Made by a program: the position numbers and the translations under genes
Source: a bacterium
Lineage (GTDB): Bacteria > Oederibacteriota > Muellerivitia > Muellerivitales > Muellerivitaceae
NCBI GenBank assembly: GCA_035524855.1
Contig: DATKOC010000188.1
Span: forward strand, 1 to 47,432
Direction: 5' to 3'
DNA length: 47,432 nt
Notes under the pieces: model-generated
The model's database searches: none
The model's input: only the letters and a program-made list of their open reading frames with translations
What the model was told of the DNA's origin: nothing
In this document: piece after piece, positions 7,160-16,919 of the stretch
How positions within the stretch are numbered: position 1 is the stretch's first letter
How the letters are laid out: each line of letters begins with the position of its first letter

Positions 7160-8515
7160 CTACTTTTTTGCTGGGTTGAGAAAACCCGCCACCTGCCGCA
7201 AAAGGAAAAAATTGATGGCCCTCATTCCGGCCATGACCCAAAGCAAGGCGGAGGGCGAAATCTTCCCAAAAACGAGGGCGCCAAACCAAGTTGTAACCAG
7301 CCCCACCCGGATCAAAGCCAGTGAGGCCGCTACCACTTTCGCCCTTTCCTTCTCCCCTACGATATTCATCCAAATGGAGACGTTGACCGAATTGTAAAGG
7401 GAGTTCCCCGCGGCCCCCAACCCAGCCGCCAAGAGGCACACCAAGAGAGGATTGTCCGATCCCTTGCCGAAGAACAAGAGAACCAGAATGCTAATTAACC
7501 CGAAAATCTGGTCACCCCCCAGGATTCGCACCATGAACCTATGGGTGAAGTTTGGGACCAGCAGGAACAAAAGGAGGATGCTGACGTAGGTGGAACCTTG
7601 GTTGATGATGGAGATATTGGAATCCCTCACTCCCAAGTGATTCACGTAATACAAGGAAGCGTAAGTCATTCCCCAAAGGTTGATGATCCACTCGTCTAGG
7701 AATTTTGAGGCAAGGAGCGGTCCGGCCGCCGGATGCTGGAAGAACTTGGCGAGGGATTCCCGATACTGCCTGATTCCATCCACGACCGCGTGAAGCAGGG
7801 TTACGGGCGCCTTTTCATAAGTCACGGATTTGGGAAGGAACTTCCAACGGGAAAAAACACCCAAGACGACCAATCCACCGAACAACCAGTACATTTGACG
7901 GGTGGAATCCACCAATCCCGCTTTGGCGACCCAAAGGCCCCCCAAGAGGGGGAGAAAAAGGGCCGAGGGCATTTGGTTGACCATCTGGAGTACGGAGAAA
8001 ACGGTCGCCCTTTTACGGGCTGAGATTCCCTCCGAGAGGAGTCCAAAATAGGCGGGGACTGAGGCCGAAACCATGGCGAAGAAAAACAAGGCCGCAACGC
8101 AGGACCATTTATTCGAGGCCAACCCCATCGAAAGGCAATAGCCGCCCCAGCTCAAACTGTCAAAGAGAACAATGGTCCGTTTCCGGCCCCAAAAATCAGC
8201 GACGGACCCTCCGATGAAGTAACCCACCAAACCCACTAAATTCATGAAGGCCCTGTAACTGCCCACCTCCGTCTCAGAGAGGCCAAGCCGTACCATGTAA
8301 AGTGGCTCAAACTGCATCACCATGGCGCCAGGAATGACCCACAATAAGCCCGCGTAAATGGCCACCGCCTGCCGCCGGGGCAACCCCAGAAACATTCCCC
8401 CCACTTTCAGGCCATGGTGGCCCAAGAGAAATACGGGCTTTCGCAGGAGAGTTTCGTAACCCTGTTCGGTAAGGTCATAAAGGGAAGTGATAAAAGTTTG
8501 GACATGCCGGAACAT
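7160..8515 (-). CDS. MFS transporter
   Basis: About 450 aa with 12 hydrophobic segments. It has an MFS-like loop 2-3 motif (GGSVADFWGRKRT). I prefer the ATG at 8515 (GAGAGG upstream). The track start at 8554 is a TTG. Confidence 0.75.
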   Translation of the reverse strand: MFRHVQTFITSLYDLTEQGYETLLRKPVFLLGHHGLKVGGMFLGLPRRQAVAIYAGLLWVIPGAMVMQFEPLYMVRLGLSETEVGSYRAFMNLVGLVGYFIGGSVADFWGRKRTIVLFDSLSWGGYCLSMGLASNKWSCVAALFFFAMVSASVPAYFGLLSEGISARKRATVFSVLQMVNQMPSALFLPLLGGLWVAKAGLVDSTRQMYWLFGGLVVLGVFSRWKFLPKSVTYEKAPVTLLHAVVDGIRQYRESLAKFFQHPAAGPLLASKFLDEWIINLWGMTYASLYYVNHLGVRDSNISIINQGSTYVSILLLFLLVPNFTHRFMVRILGGDQIFGLISILVLLFFGKGSDNPLLVCLLAAGLGAAGNSLYNSVNVSIWMNIVGEKERAKVVAASLALIRVGLVTTWFGALVFGKISPSALLWVMAGMRAINFFLLRQVAGFLNPAKK

Positions 8516-8647
8516 GGAAGCCTCTCGGTAATTGAAGAAGGCGTATTCTATCAACGAAGATAAATATTACCCGCTTTAAAAAATTCCCTACAATAAAACC
8601 GTTTTCACCCAACTACTACCGCAGGAATATTCCCACCGGAGAGCCAT

Positions 8648-10768
8648 TTGCGCACTTCGACCGCATCCTTCTTTTTTATCATCACCCTCTCCAATTCTCT
8701 CCTGGCTTACATGCCACTCGGCTTAAGCTTGAAGGGATTGATTTTTCTTTTCGGGATCTTTATCCCCCTCCTTTTTTTTTATCGGTTTTCGGCTGATCCC
8801 ATTCCGGATGAAGAACTCCCTTGGAAAAAAGAGGCTAATATTTTTTCCTTTCCTCAAGCGCGATGGATAATGGGAATCGCCTTTATCCCCCTGCTTTGCC
8901 TAAGGCTTTTTATCCTTCCACATTGGCCAGTACCTGACGATGGGCTGTTTTCCTTCTACTCCATCGAATTAACGGAACGGTGGCGCTGGTGGTTATTGTT
9001 TGACCAGACACAACACCCACCATTATGGAATTGGTCGTTGGCGATGTTTTTCAAGTGGGTTCAACCTTCATTGGTTTCCATCCGCTTATTTCCCCTCCTG
9101 ATCTCCTCGCTAGCCTTCGTGGCCAGCTTTACTGCCGGCAGATTTTTCTTTTCTCGATCGCTCACTTTTCTTTTCACATTCTTATGCGGTTTTAGCTTTT
9201 GGCCGTTTTACGCCGGAAGATTCTGTATGTACATGTCTCTTCTCTTTTTATGGGAAATAGGGGCCTTGCTGGCAATGGGGTTTTATTGGACGGCCGAGGA
9301 ACCACCGAAAAAGAAAATTTGGGCCTTAGTCTTCGGGATCGTCTGTGCGGGTGGATTCTGGCTGGCCATTGCCTGGCCCTTGGTTGCGCTTACTTGCCTG
9401 CCAGTGGTGTATCAGTCTTACCGAATGGATCGGGGATTCAAATCCGGGGAGTTGTCGCTTTTTCTCTTTCCCCTGGCCTTATCCGCGTTTCTATACGCAG
9501 ATTTATCTCTGGGCCAGGGTAACGGGGAACACTTCCGGTACCTCTGGGCCTTCAATTCAGGCTCTACCGGGCGGGAGCAAATCTCGGCCTCGCTCTCAAA
9601 TATTTCTGCGATTTTGTGGGGGTGCGATTTGAAAAATTCGTATGGCCCTGTTTGGGGAGGAATGCTGAACCCAGTTTTGGGATCTTCTTTCCTCATGGGT
9701 TTAGTGGTCTTGGTTCGATCCAGGCGAAACGCCATATCGGTCTGGATCCTCAGCGCTTGTTTCACGTTTTTACTGCCGGGTTTGTTTTCCAAAGGTTTTG
9801 ATATCTTCCGGATTTCACCTCTTCTTCCAGTGCTTTTGGCGGTCACTGCCATCGGGCTTCAAAACCTTACCCTTTCCCTCCAACCGTCTCGCAGGCGCCT
9901 CATCATCGCGGGTCTCCTGATCCTTTCAACTGGATTGGATATGCTTCATCTCTGGAAGACCTTCAATGTCCTGTCACCCTCTTCCGGGGCCAATATTTCC
10001 CCACAATCCTCCGAGTGGTCCCGGGCCTATAGTCTATTGGAGAAAAAAAACCGCCAGGAAGGTCCAGGGCAGCTGTTCCTAGAACTCCAACAGGGGATCG
10101 GGGATCAAACCTTGAATGTAACGACTTATTCCTTCAACGCCGCCGAAAATCCTTCCTTGAACCCCGAGGAAGCTCATTGGGCCGCTTTGCTTTGCAACAT
10201 ACACTACAAGCCTTTTCTGGCTTCTAGGTTTCCCGACGGAAAATGGTACTGGCTGGGGAAAGATGAGGCTTGGAATTATGGAGGGCTCATGCTGGGCATT
10301 ATCCCCATTCACGAAGAAAACAAAGCCGTTTTCAAAAAATGGAATGTCGTCAATTTAAAATTCCGCGAAGTGACTTCATTAATCCTGCACTCTTCTCTAT
10401 ACGGACCAAAGGATTATATCGTTCGGGAATTGCTCAAATCGAAACAGCTTGTGACGGGAGACCCATTCCTCGAGTCCTGCCTCCATGAGCGGCTTCTCTT
10501 CTCTTTGAAAATGGGCGGGCCTATCGATCCCCTCATTATCATTCAAGACGAGCTTAAATTAGGCTATCCTCTCCCCACATTCTTATGCGCGGAAGGAATC
10601 CTCTTAAGCGCGAGGGGAGATTTTGCCGAAGCCAAAGCGGCTTTTCAAAAGGCGGCTCGGTCACCCTTGAACTTGACTCCCGCCGCGGATTATTTGAAAG
10701 CCTTGGGATCAATGCCAAAAAGCCGTCCGAAGGCTTTATCCAGCGGGATTATTCCTGCATTTCCCTGA
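8648..10768 (+). CDS. GT-C fold (ArnT/PMT-like) membrane glycosyltransferase with a soluble C-terminal domain
   Basis: 706 aa. Many TM helices occupy the first ~460 aa, with an acidic periplasmic-loop motif PVPDDGLF near the N-terminus. The C-terminal ~240 aa are soluble and end in a TPR-like helix pair (ARGDFAEAKAAFQKAARS). TTG start with GGAGAG 5 nt upstream. Confidence 0.55.
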   Translation: MRTSTASFFFIITLSNSLLAYMPLGLSLKGLIFLFGIFIPLLFFYRFSADPIPDEELPWKKEANIFSFPQARWIMGIAFIPLLCLRLFILPHWPVPDDGLFSFYSIELTERWRWWLLFDQTQHPPLWNWSLAMFFKWVQPSLVSIRLFPLLISSLAFVASFTAGRFFFSRSLTFLFTFLCGFSFWPFYAGRFCMYMSLLFLWEIGALLAMGFYWTAEEPPKKKIWALVFGIVCAGGFWLAIAWPLVALTCLPVVYQSYRMDRGFKSGELSLFLFPLALSAFLYADLSLGQGNGEHFRYLWAFNSGSTGREQISASLSNISAILWGCDLKNSYGPVWGGMLNPVLGSSFLMGLVVLVRSRRNAISVWILSACFTFLLPGLFSKGFDIFRISPLLPVLLAVTAIGLQNLTLSLQPSRRRLIIAGLLILSTGLDMLHLWKTFNVLSPSSGANISPQSSEWSRAYSLLEKKNRQEGPGQLFLELQQGIGDQTLNVTTYSFNAAENPSLNPEEAHWAALLCNIHYKPFLASRFPDGKWYWLGKDEAWNYGGLMLGIIPIHEENKAVFKKWNVVNLKFREVTSLILHSSLYGPKDYIVRELLKSKQLVTGDPFLESCLHERLLFSLKMGGPIDPLIIIQDELKLGYPLPTFLCAEGILLSARGDFAEAKAAFQKAARSPLNLTPAADYLKALGSMPKSRPKALSSGIIPAFP

Positions 10769-11189
10769 TCATCACCACGGCGTCTTCCTGGTTGTCGCTG
10801 TAATACTTCTTCCGGATGGCCACAAACCGAAAACCGCATTTCTCATAAAGCCGCCGGGCCGTTTCGTTGCTTTCCCGCACTTCCAAGGTCGCCAGCCGGG
10901 CCCCGCGCTTAGTGGCGAAACTCAGGCAAGCCTCAACCATTTTCCGGCCCAATCCACGGCGCCGGAAAGCCGGACCAATGGCGAGGTTGATGATGTGGGC
11001 CTCCTCCGGCGCTTCCCAATAGCCCATGTAACCGGCCACCCGTTCATTTTCCTCCACGACAAAATAATGGGCCGCCTCCCGGCGTAATTCTTCCTCGAAG
11101 AGTTCCTTGGACCAAGGGGAAGGCATGGAGGCCTTCTCGATTTCAACGACCTGTTCCAGGTCGACTTCCAACATGGGACGGAAAATCAT
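10749..11189 (-). CDS. rimI: Ribosomal-protein-alanine N-acetyltransferase
   Basis: GNAT fold with motif A RRRGLGRKM. It follows tsaB, matching the conserved tsaE-tsaB-rimI order. The ATG at 11189 gives a typical 146 aa. The longer ORF reaches 11243 and overlaps tsaB. Confidence 0.8.
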   Translation of the reverse strand: MIFRPMLEVDLEQVVEIEKASMPSPWSKELFEEELRREAAHYFVVEENERVAGYMGYWEAPEEAHIINLAIGPAFRRRGLGRKMVEACLSFATKRGARLATLEVRESNETARRLYEKCGFRFVAIRKKYYSDNQEDAVVMIREMQE

Positions 11190-11229
11190 TTGGGGCGCAG
11201 GTAAAGCAAAATTCGCATTCCATGAGGGT

Positions 11230-11916
11230 TCATTTTTTCTCATCCACGGCGGGCGGCCGCAGGTACAAAGGCGCCAAGTCTTTCAGTGCTGGCCGTAAGC
11301 CGTCTTGCCACTCCCTATAGGCCAAGCGCGCGATGCTCATGGCCTTGGGCGGGTGAAGGGAGTTGAAGGCGAACATTCCGGTAGCCCCCATGCTTTCTCG
11401 AATTTCCCTCTCGTACTTCAGGGCGCCGGGGCCCACGACCCAGGTCTTCCCCTTGACGAGGGTGTAAAACTGTCCGACGGGAAGGATTTGGGGCGGGGTT
11501 AATTCCTTCGCCTGGTCAACTTGAATGTCGTAATGTCCCACGAAACATTCTCCCCTTTGGGCGTCCACCAGGCAAAGGGCCTCCCCCAGCATTTCGCCCA
11601 GCCGCAGGTTTTCCGCCAGACCTTCCAGGGTGGAAATGCCGAATGCCAGAAGGTTGGAGGGCATGCAAAGCCCCTCGGCCGTAGCGATACCCACTCGGAT
11701 GCCGGTAAAGCTGCCGGGTCCCGTGGAAACCGCCACCGCCGCCAAATCCGCCGGGCCAAGGTCTTTTTCCTTCAGGAGAGTTTCCAAGGCGGGGACGAGG
11801 GTAACCGAGCTTTCCCAATCATTGGGCAGGGCGCATTCCCCCAACTCCTCACCGGTGATAAGGTCCAGAAGGGCGATGCTGGAGATGCGTGTGGAAACTT
11901 CTATGGCGGCCAGCAT
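11230..11916 (-). CDS. tsaB: tRNA t6A37 threonylcarbamoyl-transfer complex dimerisation subunit TsaB
   Basis: 228 aa. The STGPGSFTGIRVGIATAEGL motif and the position between tsaE and rimI support the call. Confidence 0.85.
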   Translation of the reverse strand: MLAAIEVSTRISSIALLDLITGEELGECALPNDWESSVTLVPALETLLKEKDLGPADLAAVAVSTGPGSFTGIRVGIATAEGLCMPSNLLAFGISTLEGLAENLRLGEMLGEALCLVDAQRGECFVGHYDIQVDQAKELTPPQILPVGQFYTLVKGKTWVVGPGALKYEREIRESMGATGMFAFNSLHPPKAMSIARLAYREWQDGLRPALKDLAPLYLRPPAVDEKK

Positions 11917-12374
11917 CGGATGAGTTCCTCCACTTGCGGGATACTTTCAGGGTGGGTGGCCTCAGCGGTCATTCGCCGGCTTTCCCCTTCGGTGATTTCA
12001 AAGATTAATTTTAAGGCGGTTGGGGGAAGGAGTTTCGGGAATTTATCCCCCCATTCCACTGCCACGACCCCGCCACGACCGGTCCATTCGGCCCAGCCGA
12101 GGTCTTCCGCTTCCTCCGCTTTCTCCAACCGGTACCAATCAAAATGGAAAAGGGTGAGGCGGCCCTCATAGATATGTTGGAGGGTGAAGGTAGGAGATGT
12201 AACGGATCCCTCAAAACCCAGGCCTTTGGCCAGGCCTTTCACAAAGTGGGTTTTGCCGGCCCCCAAGGGACCCACCAGGCTCCATATCTCACCCGGCTTG
12301 GCCTTTTGCCCGATGATCATTCCTAACTGGAAGGTTTGCTCGGGGGTCTCACAGGTGAAATGGGTGGTCACCAT
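11901..12374 (-). CDS. tsaE: tRNA t6A37 threonylcarbamoyl-transfer complex ATPase subunit TsaE
   Basis: The 255-aa ORF is trimmed to the ATG at 12374 (MVTTHFTCETPEQT...). P-loop GPLGAGKT, SPTFTL and HFDWYRL motifs are present. The upstream part of the long ORF is Arg/Gly-rich junk that overlaps the DJ-1 gene. Confidence 0.85.
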   Translation of the reverse strand: MVTTHFTCETPEQTFQLGMIIGQKAKPGEIWSLVGPLGAGKTHFVKGLAKGLGFEGSVTSPTFTLQHIYEGRLTLFHFDWYRLEKAEEAEDLGWAEWTGRGGVVAVEWGDKFPKLLPPTALKLIFEITEGESRRMTAEATHPESIPQVEELIRCWPP

Positions 12375-12931
12375 GGACTGTGATAATCCATTCGGTGACG
12401 GATGATTTCTTTTGCGTCCAGACTGACCAGTTTGCCGCAGAGGTAAAGCCCCAGGTCGATGCCGGCGGTCACTCCCCCGCAGGTAATCACATCGCCGTCG
12501 TCCACCACACGCTGGTCCACGACCTCTGCGCAATAGGGTTTCAATTCTTCTTTCCGGACGGCGTGGGTCGTGGCCTTCCTGCCCTTGAGGAATCCGGCGG
12601 CCCCCAGCAGGAGAGCCCCCGAACAAACCGAGACCTTGAGAGGTACCGGGGCCGCGGTTCGGACCCAATCCACGAAGGACAGGTCCATGGACAAATCTTT
12701 GGCGGCGGGACCGCCGGGAACGACCAGGAGGTCGTAAACTGACAGGGATTTATCCATAACCGTAGGAATCATGGTGAGGCCCGTAGAATCCATAACTTTT
12801 TCAGTCCGGCCGCAAAGATCCCATTGAAGGGATTCCATCAAACCCATGCCTTTGAGTCGCGTCAAAGGATCGTAAACGCCGACGAAATCCAAAGCCGTCA
12901 TGCCGTTGAAGAGGACGAAGGCGACCTTCAT
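12368..12931 (-). CDS. DJ-1/PfpI family protein
   Basis: 187 aa with the class I glutamine-amidotransferase-like nucleophile elbow VCSGALLLG. Its ATG overlaps the thiL stop as ATGA. Confidence 0.8.
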   Translation of the reverse strand: MKVAFVLFNGMTALDFVGVYDPLTRLKGMGLMESLQWDLCGRTEKVMDSTGLTMIPTVMDKSLSVYDLLVVPGGPAAKDLSMDLSFVDWVRTAAPVPLKVSVCSGALLLGAAGFLKGRKATTHAVRKEELKPYCAEVVDQRVVDDGDVITCGGVTAGIDLGLYLCGKLVSLDAKEIIRHRMDYHSPW

Positions 12932-13968
12932 GGTTGGGAATTACCTTTGAAATGATCAAACCCCTTCGCTTCCAATGGAATCCTCTCTCCTTTCCGAGTG
13001 ATAAAAGTAATCCCCTTCGACTTCGGAACCATGCGCCCGATGGATTTAACGGCCACGCCCGTCTCCCCAGGAAGCTTTTGGACGACTTCCGAGATCTTGG
13101 TTAAAGGGACGGTAAACAGGAGTTCATAATCCTCTCCCCCTTCCAGTGCGAAACGCAGGGGATCGAGATGGTTCTCGTCACAATAGTGGATCAAGGCCGC
13201 TGAATAAGGGATCGCCTCCTCATGAATCTCGGCCCCTAACCCCGATTCCTCGCACAAATGGTGCACTTCGCTGGAAAGCCCGTCCGAAATATCAATCGCC
13301 GAGCTGGCGGATTTGCGGGTGGAAAGGACCCGGCCTGTGTTGAAACGGGGGATAGGCGTCAAATGCCTTTTGACCAGGAGTGAGGCCGTTTCCTTGCCTT
13401 TCGAGGTGGGGTTCTGCAGGGAGTGTAGCCCGGCGGCCGAATCTCCCAGGGTCCCCGTCACGAAGAGCGCGTCTCCGGCTTTCGCCCCCCCACGCTTCAA
13501 GGCTTTTCCGGACTCGACTTCCCCAATCAGGGCGACATTTACCACGAACTTGTCACTTCCCACCGTGTCGCCTCCCACGATTTGGGCCCCAAATTGCTCG
13601 CCCCAGCTTTTCATGCCGTCATAAAAGGCTTCCAAGTCGGCCACTGGATAGTCCTTGGGAACCCCTAGGGAGACTACCGCTACCGTAGGCTTGGCGCCCA
13701 TGGCCGCGCAATCGCTGACATTGACCGCCATCGACTTGGCACCCAGTTGCCAAGGGGTAATCCACTTGAAATCGAAATGACGCCCCTCTACCAACATATC
13801 AGTCGTGAAGATCATCTCGTGGCCGGCGGTCGGTTTGAAAACCGCCGCGTCGTCGCCGACGCCCAGGGTCACCGAGGGGTTCTTGGCTTTGAGGGACTCA
13901 CGTATCTTCTCGATGAAACCGAACTCACCGACGCTCTGGAGGGTCCTTTTGTCTTTTTGGTTTTTCAA
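12928..13968 (-). CDS. thiL: Thiamine-monophosphate kinase
   Basis: 346 aa, AIR-synthase-like. Motifs seen are GVGDDAAV, FTTDMLVEGRHF, GGDTV and DISDGL. Confidence 0.9.
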   Translation of the reverse strand: MKNQKDKRTLQSVGEFGFIEKIRESLKAKNPSVTLGVGDDAAVFKPTAGHEMIFTTDMLVEGRHFDFKWITPWQLGAKSMAVNVSDCAAMGAKPTVAVVSLGVPKDYPVADLEAFYDGMKSWGEQFGAQIVGGDTVGSDKFVVNVALIGEVESGKALKRGGAKAGDALFVTGTLGDSAAGLHSLQNPTSKGKETASLLVKRHLTPIPRFNTGRVLSTRKSASSAIDISDGLSSEVHHLCEESGLGAEIHEEAIPYSAALIHYCDENHLDPLRFALEGGEDYELLFTVPLTKISEVVQKLPGETGVAVKSIGRMVPKSKGITFITRKGERIPLEAKGFDHFKGNSQP

Positions 13969-14001
13969 GGATTGGCCTTTGAATCATTGGTTTGAGAGCC
14001 A

Positions 14002-14021
14002 CCCCCTTTTGAAAAAGGGGG
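14002..14021 (-). other. Intercistronic stem-loop between argJ and thiL (CCCCCTTTT/AAAAGGGGG)
   Basis: The near-perfect palindrome ccccctttt-g-aaaaaggggg lies in the 60-nt argJ-thiL spacer. No U-tract follows it on the minus strand, so it is not a classic terminator. Confidence 0.3.
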
Positions 14022-14028
14022 AATCCGA

Positions 14029-15228
14029 CTAGGTTGTGTATCTTCCGTTGATGTCGATATAACCATCCGTCAAGTCGCAGGTATAGACGGTGGTCTTTCC
14101 CTTTCCCAATTTCAAATCAACCAGGATATCCACGTTCGGTTTTTGAAGGATGGCCCTCAACCGGGCCCGGGACCAACCCTTCCGGGGCGCCCCGTCATAA
14201 AGGACATACCCGCCGATGGTAGCCTTCACCTTGAACTCGTCCACCGCGGCGCCGGAATAGCCAACCGCCGCCAGGACCCTTCCCCAGTTGGGGTCAGCCC
14301 CAAAAAGGGCGGTCTTGACAAGAGACGACTTGGCGACCGCCATAGCCGCCAAGTAGGCATCCTTGTCGGTTTTGGCGCCCTGGACCGTGATGGAAACAAA
14401 CTTGGTGGCCCCTTCGCCGTCCCGCACGACCGCCTGAGCCAGTTCCAAGCAGACTTCCCGAAGGGCTTGAACGAAGGTTTTATAATCAGGGCCCTTCACC
14501 GAGAGGGGCTTATTGCCGCAGGCTCCATTGGCCAAAAGCACGACCGAATCATTGGTGGAAACATCCCCATCCACGGTGATCCGGTGAAATGAGGTTTGGA
14601 CGGCTTCCTGGAGAGCCTGGTTCAAAAGGGACCGGCTGACGGCCGCGTCCGTCAAAAGATAAACCAACATGGTGGCCATGTTAGGGTGGATCATGCCCGA
14701 TCCCTTGGCGAACCCCGTCAACCACGCGTTTTTGCCCCCAATCCACAGGGGCCGTGCCGCGGTTTTAGGAAAGGTATCGGTCGTCATGATTCCCAGAGCG
14801 GCCTCATGTCCCCCTATTCTGGAAAGCCTCAAGGCGGCCTGCCGGACACCCGCCAGGATCTTAGGCATCGGTAAAGGTACCCCAATCACGCCGGTGGAAT
14901 GCGCCAAGACCGACTGGGCGGGAACATCCAGGAGCTTGGAGGCAAGCCGGACTGTCGCCGCAACATCTTTCGCGCCTTGTTTGCCGGTAAGGGCGTTGGC
15001 GTTCTTCGTGTTCACGACAATGGCCTGGATTTTGTTTCCTTTTTTCAGGGAGGCTTCGGTGTGCCGGGCGGGAGCGGCCTTTACCTGATTGGTCGTCACC
15101 ATCCCGACGGCAGTAGCGGGAAATCGGGAATAAAAAAGAGCCATATCCAGCTTTCCGCGGCTCTTAAGGCCGGCGTGGACCCCGGAGGTCAGGTATCCCG
15201 AAGGCAGGGGCAATATGGAATTTTTCAT
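14029..15228 (-). CDS. argJ: Bifunctional ornithine acetyltransferase / N-acetylglutamate synthase
   Basis: 399 aa. The autoprocessing site HPNMATMLVYLLTDA and the C-terminal DINGRYTT are typical of ArgJ. Confidence 0.9.
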   Translation of the reverse strand: MKNSILPLPSGYLTSGVHAGLKSRGKLDMALFYSRFPATAVGMVTTNQVKAAPARHTEASLKKGNKIQAIVVNTKNANALTGKQGAKDVAATVRLASKLLDVPAQSVLAHSTGVIGVPLPMPKILAGVRQAALRLSRIGGHEAALGIMTTDTFPKTAARPLWIGGKNAWLTGFAKGSGMIHPNMATMLVYLLTDAAVSRSLLNQALQEAVQTSFHRITVDGDVSTNDSVVLLANGACGNKPLSVKGPDYKTFVQALREVCLELAQAVVRDGEGATKFVSITVQGAKTDKDAYLAAMAVAKSSLVKTALFGADPNWGRVLAAVGYSGAAVDEFKVKATIGGYVLYDGAPRKGWSRARLRAILQKPNVDILVDLKLGKGKTTVYTCDLTDGYIDINGRYTT

Positions 15229-15325
15229 GGATTATTTCCTGGTCGAAAGTTAACGCATTCTATGTGCTTTAAAAATGGGTGTCAAACTCGTATCTTTCTA
15301 TGGGTTTTCAGACGAAAGGACAGTC

Positions 15326-15994
15326 ATGAAGTGCAAAGGCGCTGACATATCCCTCAAAGCGGTTCTGTTCGATTTGGACGGGACATTGATCGATTCAAAA
15401 AAGGATATCGCGGCTTCGGCCAACGCCACCCGGCAACATTACGGTTTCAAACCCCTGCCGGACGATATGGTGGGAACCTTTGTCGGTTATGGAATCATGA
15501 ACCTCCTTTCTAAAACCGTGGAGTCGGACGATCCCGAACGGTTGAAAGAAGCCCATCAAGTCTTCAAAACCCATTACCGCGAACATTGCGTGGATGCTAC
15601 CCGGCCTTTCAAGGACGCCTTCGAGCTTTTGGAGTCGTTAAAAGACAGGCGAGTCCAAATGGGAGTTGTTTCCAATAAACCACAGGAATTCACGGACCTC
15701 ATCCTGAAACGCCTGGACATGTGGGATTTTTTTGGAGCGGTCCTGGGGCCGGAAGCCACCATTGAGAAGAAACCCCACCCGGAACCCCTCTTGACCGCCC
15801 TTTCCCGTTTGGGGGTCAAGCCGTCTGAGGGAGTCATGATCGGGGACTCCACGGTGGATATCGAGGCCGCTCGCGCCGCCAAAATGCTGGTGGGGGTGGT
15901 CACCCACGGTTATGGGGACCGCGAAACCCTGAATATCGCCGATCCGGATTGGTTGGTGGATTCCCTTGCCGAATTCAAGGAAATCCTTACTTAG
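15326..15994 (+). CDS. HAD-superfamily hydrolase, phosphoglycolate phosphatase-like
   Basis: HAD motif I is DLDGTLIDS, motif II VSNK, and motifs III/IV K...GDSTVD. The ATG at 15326 has AAGGA upstream. The track ORF starts at 15275. Confidence 0.75.
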   Translation: MKCKGADISLKAVLFDLDGTLIDSKKDIAASANATRQHYGFKPLPDDMVGTFVGYGIMNLLSKTVESDDPERLKEAHQVFKTHYREHCVDATRPFKDAFELLESLKDRRVQMGVVSNKPQEFTDLILKRLDMWDFFGAVLGPEATIEKKPHPEPLLTALSRLGVKPSEGVMIGDSTVDIEAARAAKMLVGVVTHGYGDRETLNIADPDWLVDSLAEFKEILT

Positions 15995-16919
15995 CCCCTT
16001 CCCAAGCCAGAATCGCCTTTTTCCGGACTGAGCCCCAACGGTATTCCCCAACCACCCCCGATTCCCGGATAACCCGATGGCAGGGGATGAGATAAGCGAC
16101 AACATTTCGCCCAATCGCGGTCCCCACCGCCCGGGCCGCTTTGGAACACCCAACGCGCTCCGCCACATCTTGATAGGAAAGAACCGATCCAGGGGCAATC
16201 CGTAACAAAGCCTCCCAAACTTTAATTTGGAAGGGGGTACCCCTCAAAAGTAATTTGGTTCCGTTGGAATGGGATTGCCCCCTGAAAAGTCGTTGGATGA
16301 CTTCATTCGTTTTTTGGTTTTCCAACTGGAATACGGCCTTGGCCCAATGCCTCTTTAATTCCCCTAAGGCCTCATCCCTTCCGCCCTTACCCACGAAAGA
16401 AAAACCACAAATACCCCGGACCGTCAGGGCGATCAGCGCTTCCCCGAAGGGTGTTTCATGGAACCCGTAGCCAATGGTCATTCCTTTTCCCCCGCTTTTG
16501 TACTCCCCAGGACTCATCGCTTCTACCGAGACGAAGAGATCGTGCAGCCTTCCCGGGCTGGAGAGGCCCGTGTCATAGGCAGCGTCCAATACGCTCCGGG
16601 ATTCGCGCAGGCGTTGTTTGGCGTTCTCAATGGTTAAGTATTGAACGAACTTTTTGGGGCTGACTCCGGCCCACCTCTGAAAGAGCCGTTGAAAATGGAA
16701 GGAACTTAAATCCACAACCCGGGCCAGTTCCTCCAAGCTCGGCTGGTCTTTCCAATGCCTTTCAAGATGCTGGATGACTTTTTCGACGCGGTGAAAATCG
16801 CTGGAAGGCACGGGAACCTCATTAAGGTTTAAGGGAATTTTAGGCGATGCCCCAGGGAAGAACCACCCGCTTCTTGCGGCGGAACGTGGAGGGTTTAACG
16901 CAATTTGAGGATGTAACAC
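15987..16919 (-). CDS. AraC-type HTH regulator fused to methylated-DNA-protein-cysteine methyltransferase (Ada-like)
   Basis: The AraC HTH region is LSSFHFQRLFQRWAGVSPKKFVQYL and the C-terminal MGMT active site is IPCHRVI. GTG start at 16919, with an alternative GTG at 16811 preceded by GAGG. The 3' end overlaps the convergent HAD gene by 8 nt. Confidence 0.8.
   Translation of the reverse strand: MLHPQIALNPPRSAARSGWFFPGASPKIPLNLNEVPVPSSDFHRVEKVIQHLERHWKDQPSLEELARVVDLSSFHFQRLFQRWAGVSPKKFVQYLTIENAKQRLRESRSVLDAAYDTGLSSPGRLHDLFVSVEAMSPGEYKSGGKGMTIGYGFHETPFGEALIALTVRGICGFSFVGKGGRDEALGELKRHWAKAVFQLENQKTNEVIQRLFRGQSHSNGTKLLLRGTPFQIKVWEALLRIAPGSVLSYQDVAERVGCSKAARAVGTAIGRNVVAYLIPCHRVIRESGVVGEYRWGSVRKKAILAWEGAK

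Noticed and set aside
9700-9745. A tRNA-like T-arm (CTTGGTTCGATCCAGG) followed by ...CGCCA.
   Set aside because: It lies inside the well-supported GT-C coding frame. The loop is 6 nt rather than 7, and no acceptor, D or anticodon arms can be drawn.
13969-14028. Possible TPP riboswitch upstream of thiL (TGAGA-like string).
   Set aside because: The string is on the wrong strand, and the spacer is only 60 nt. It holds a single simple hairpin, too short for a THI element.
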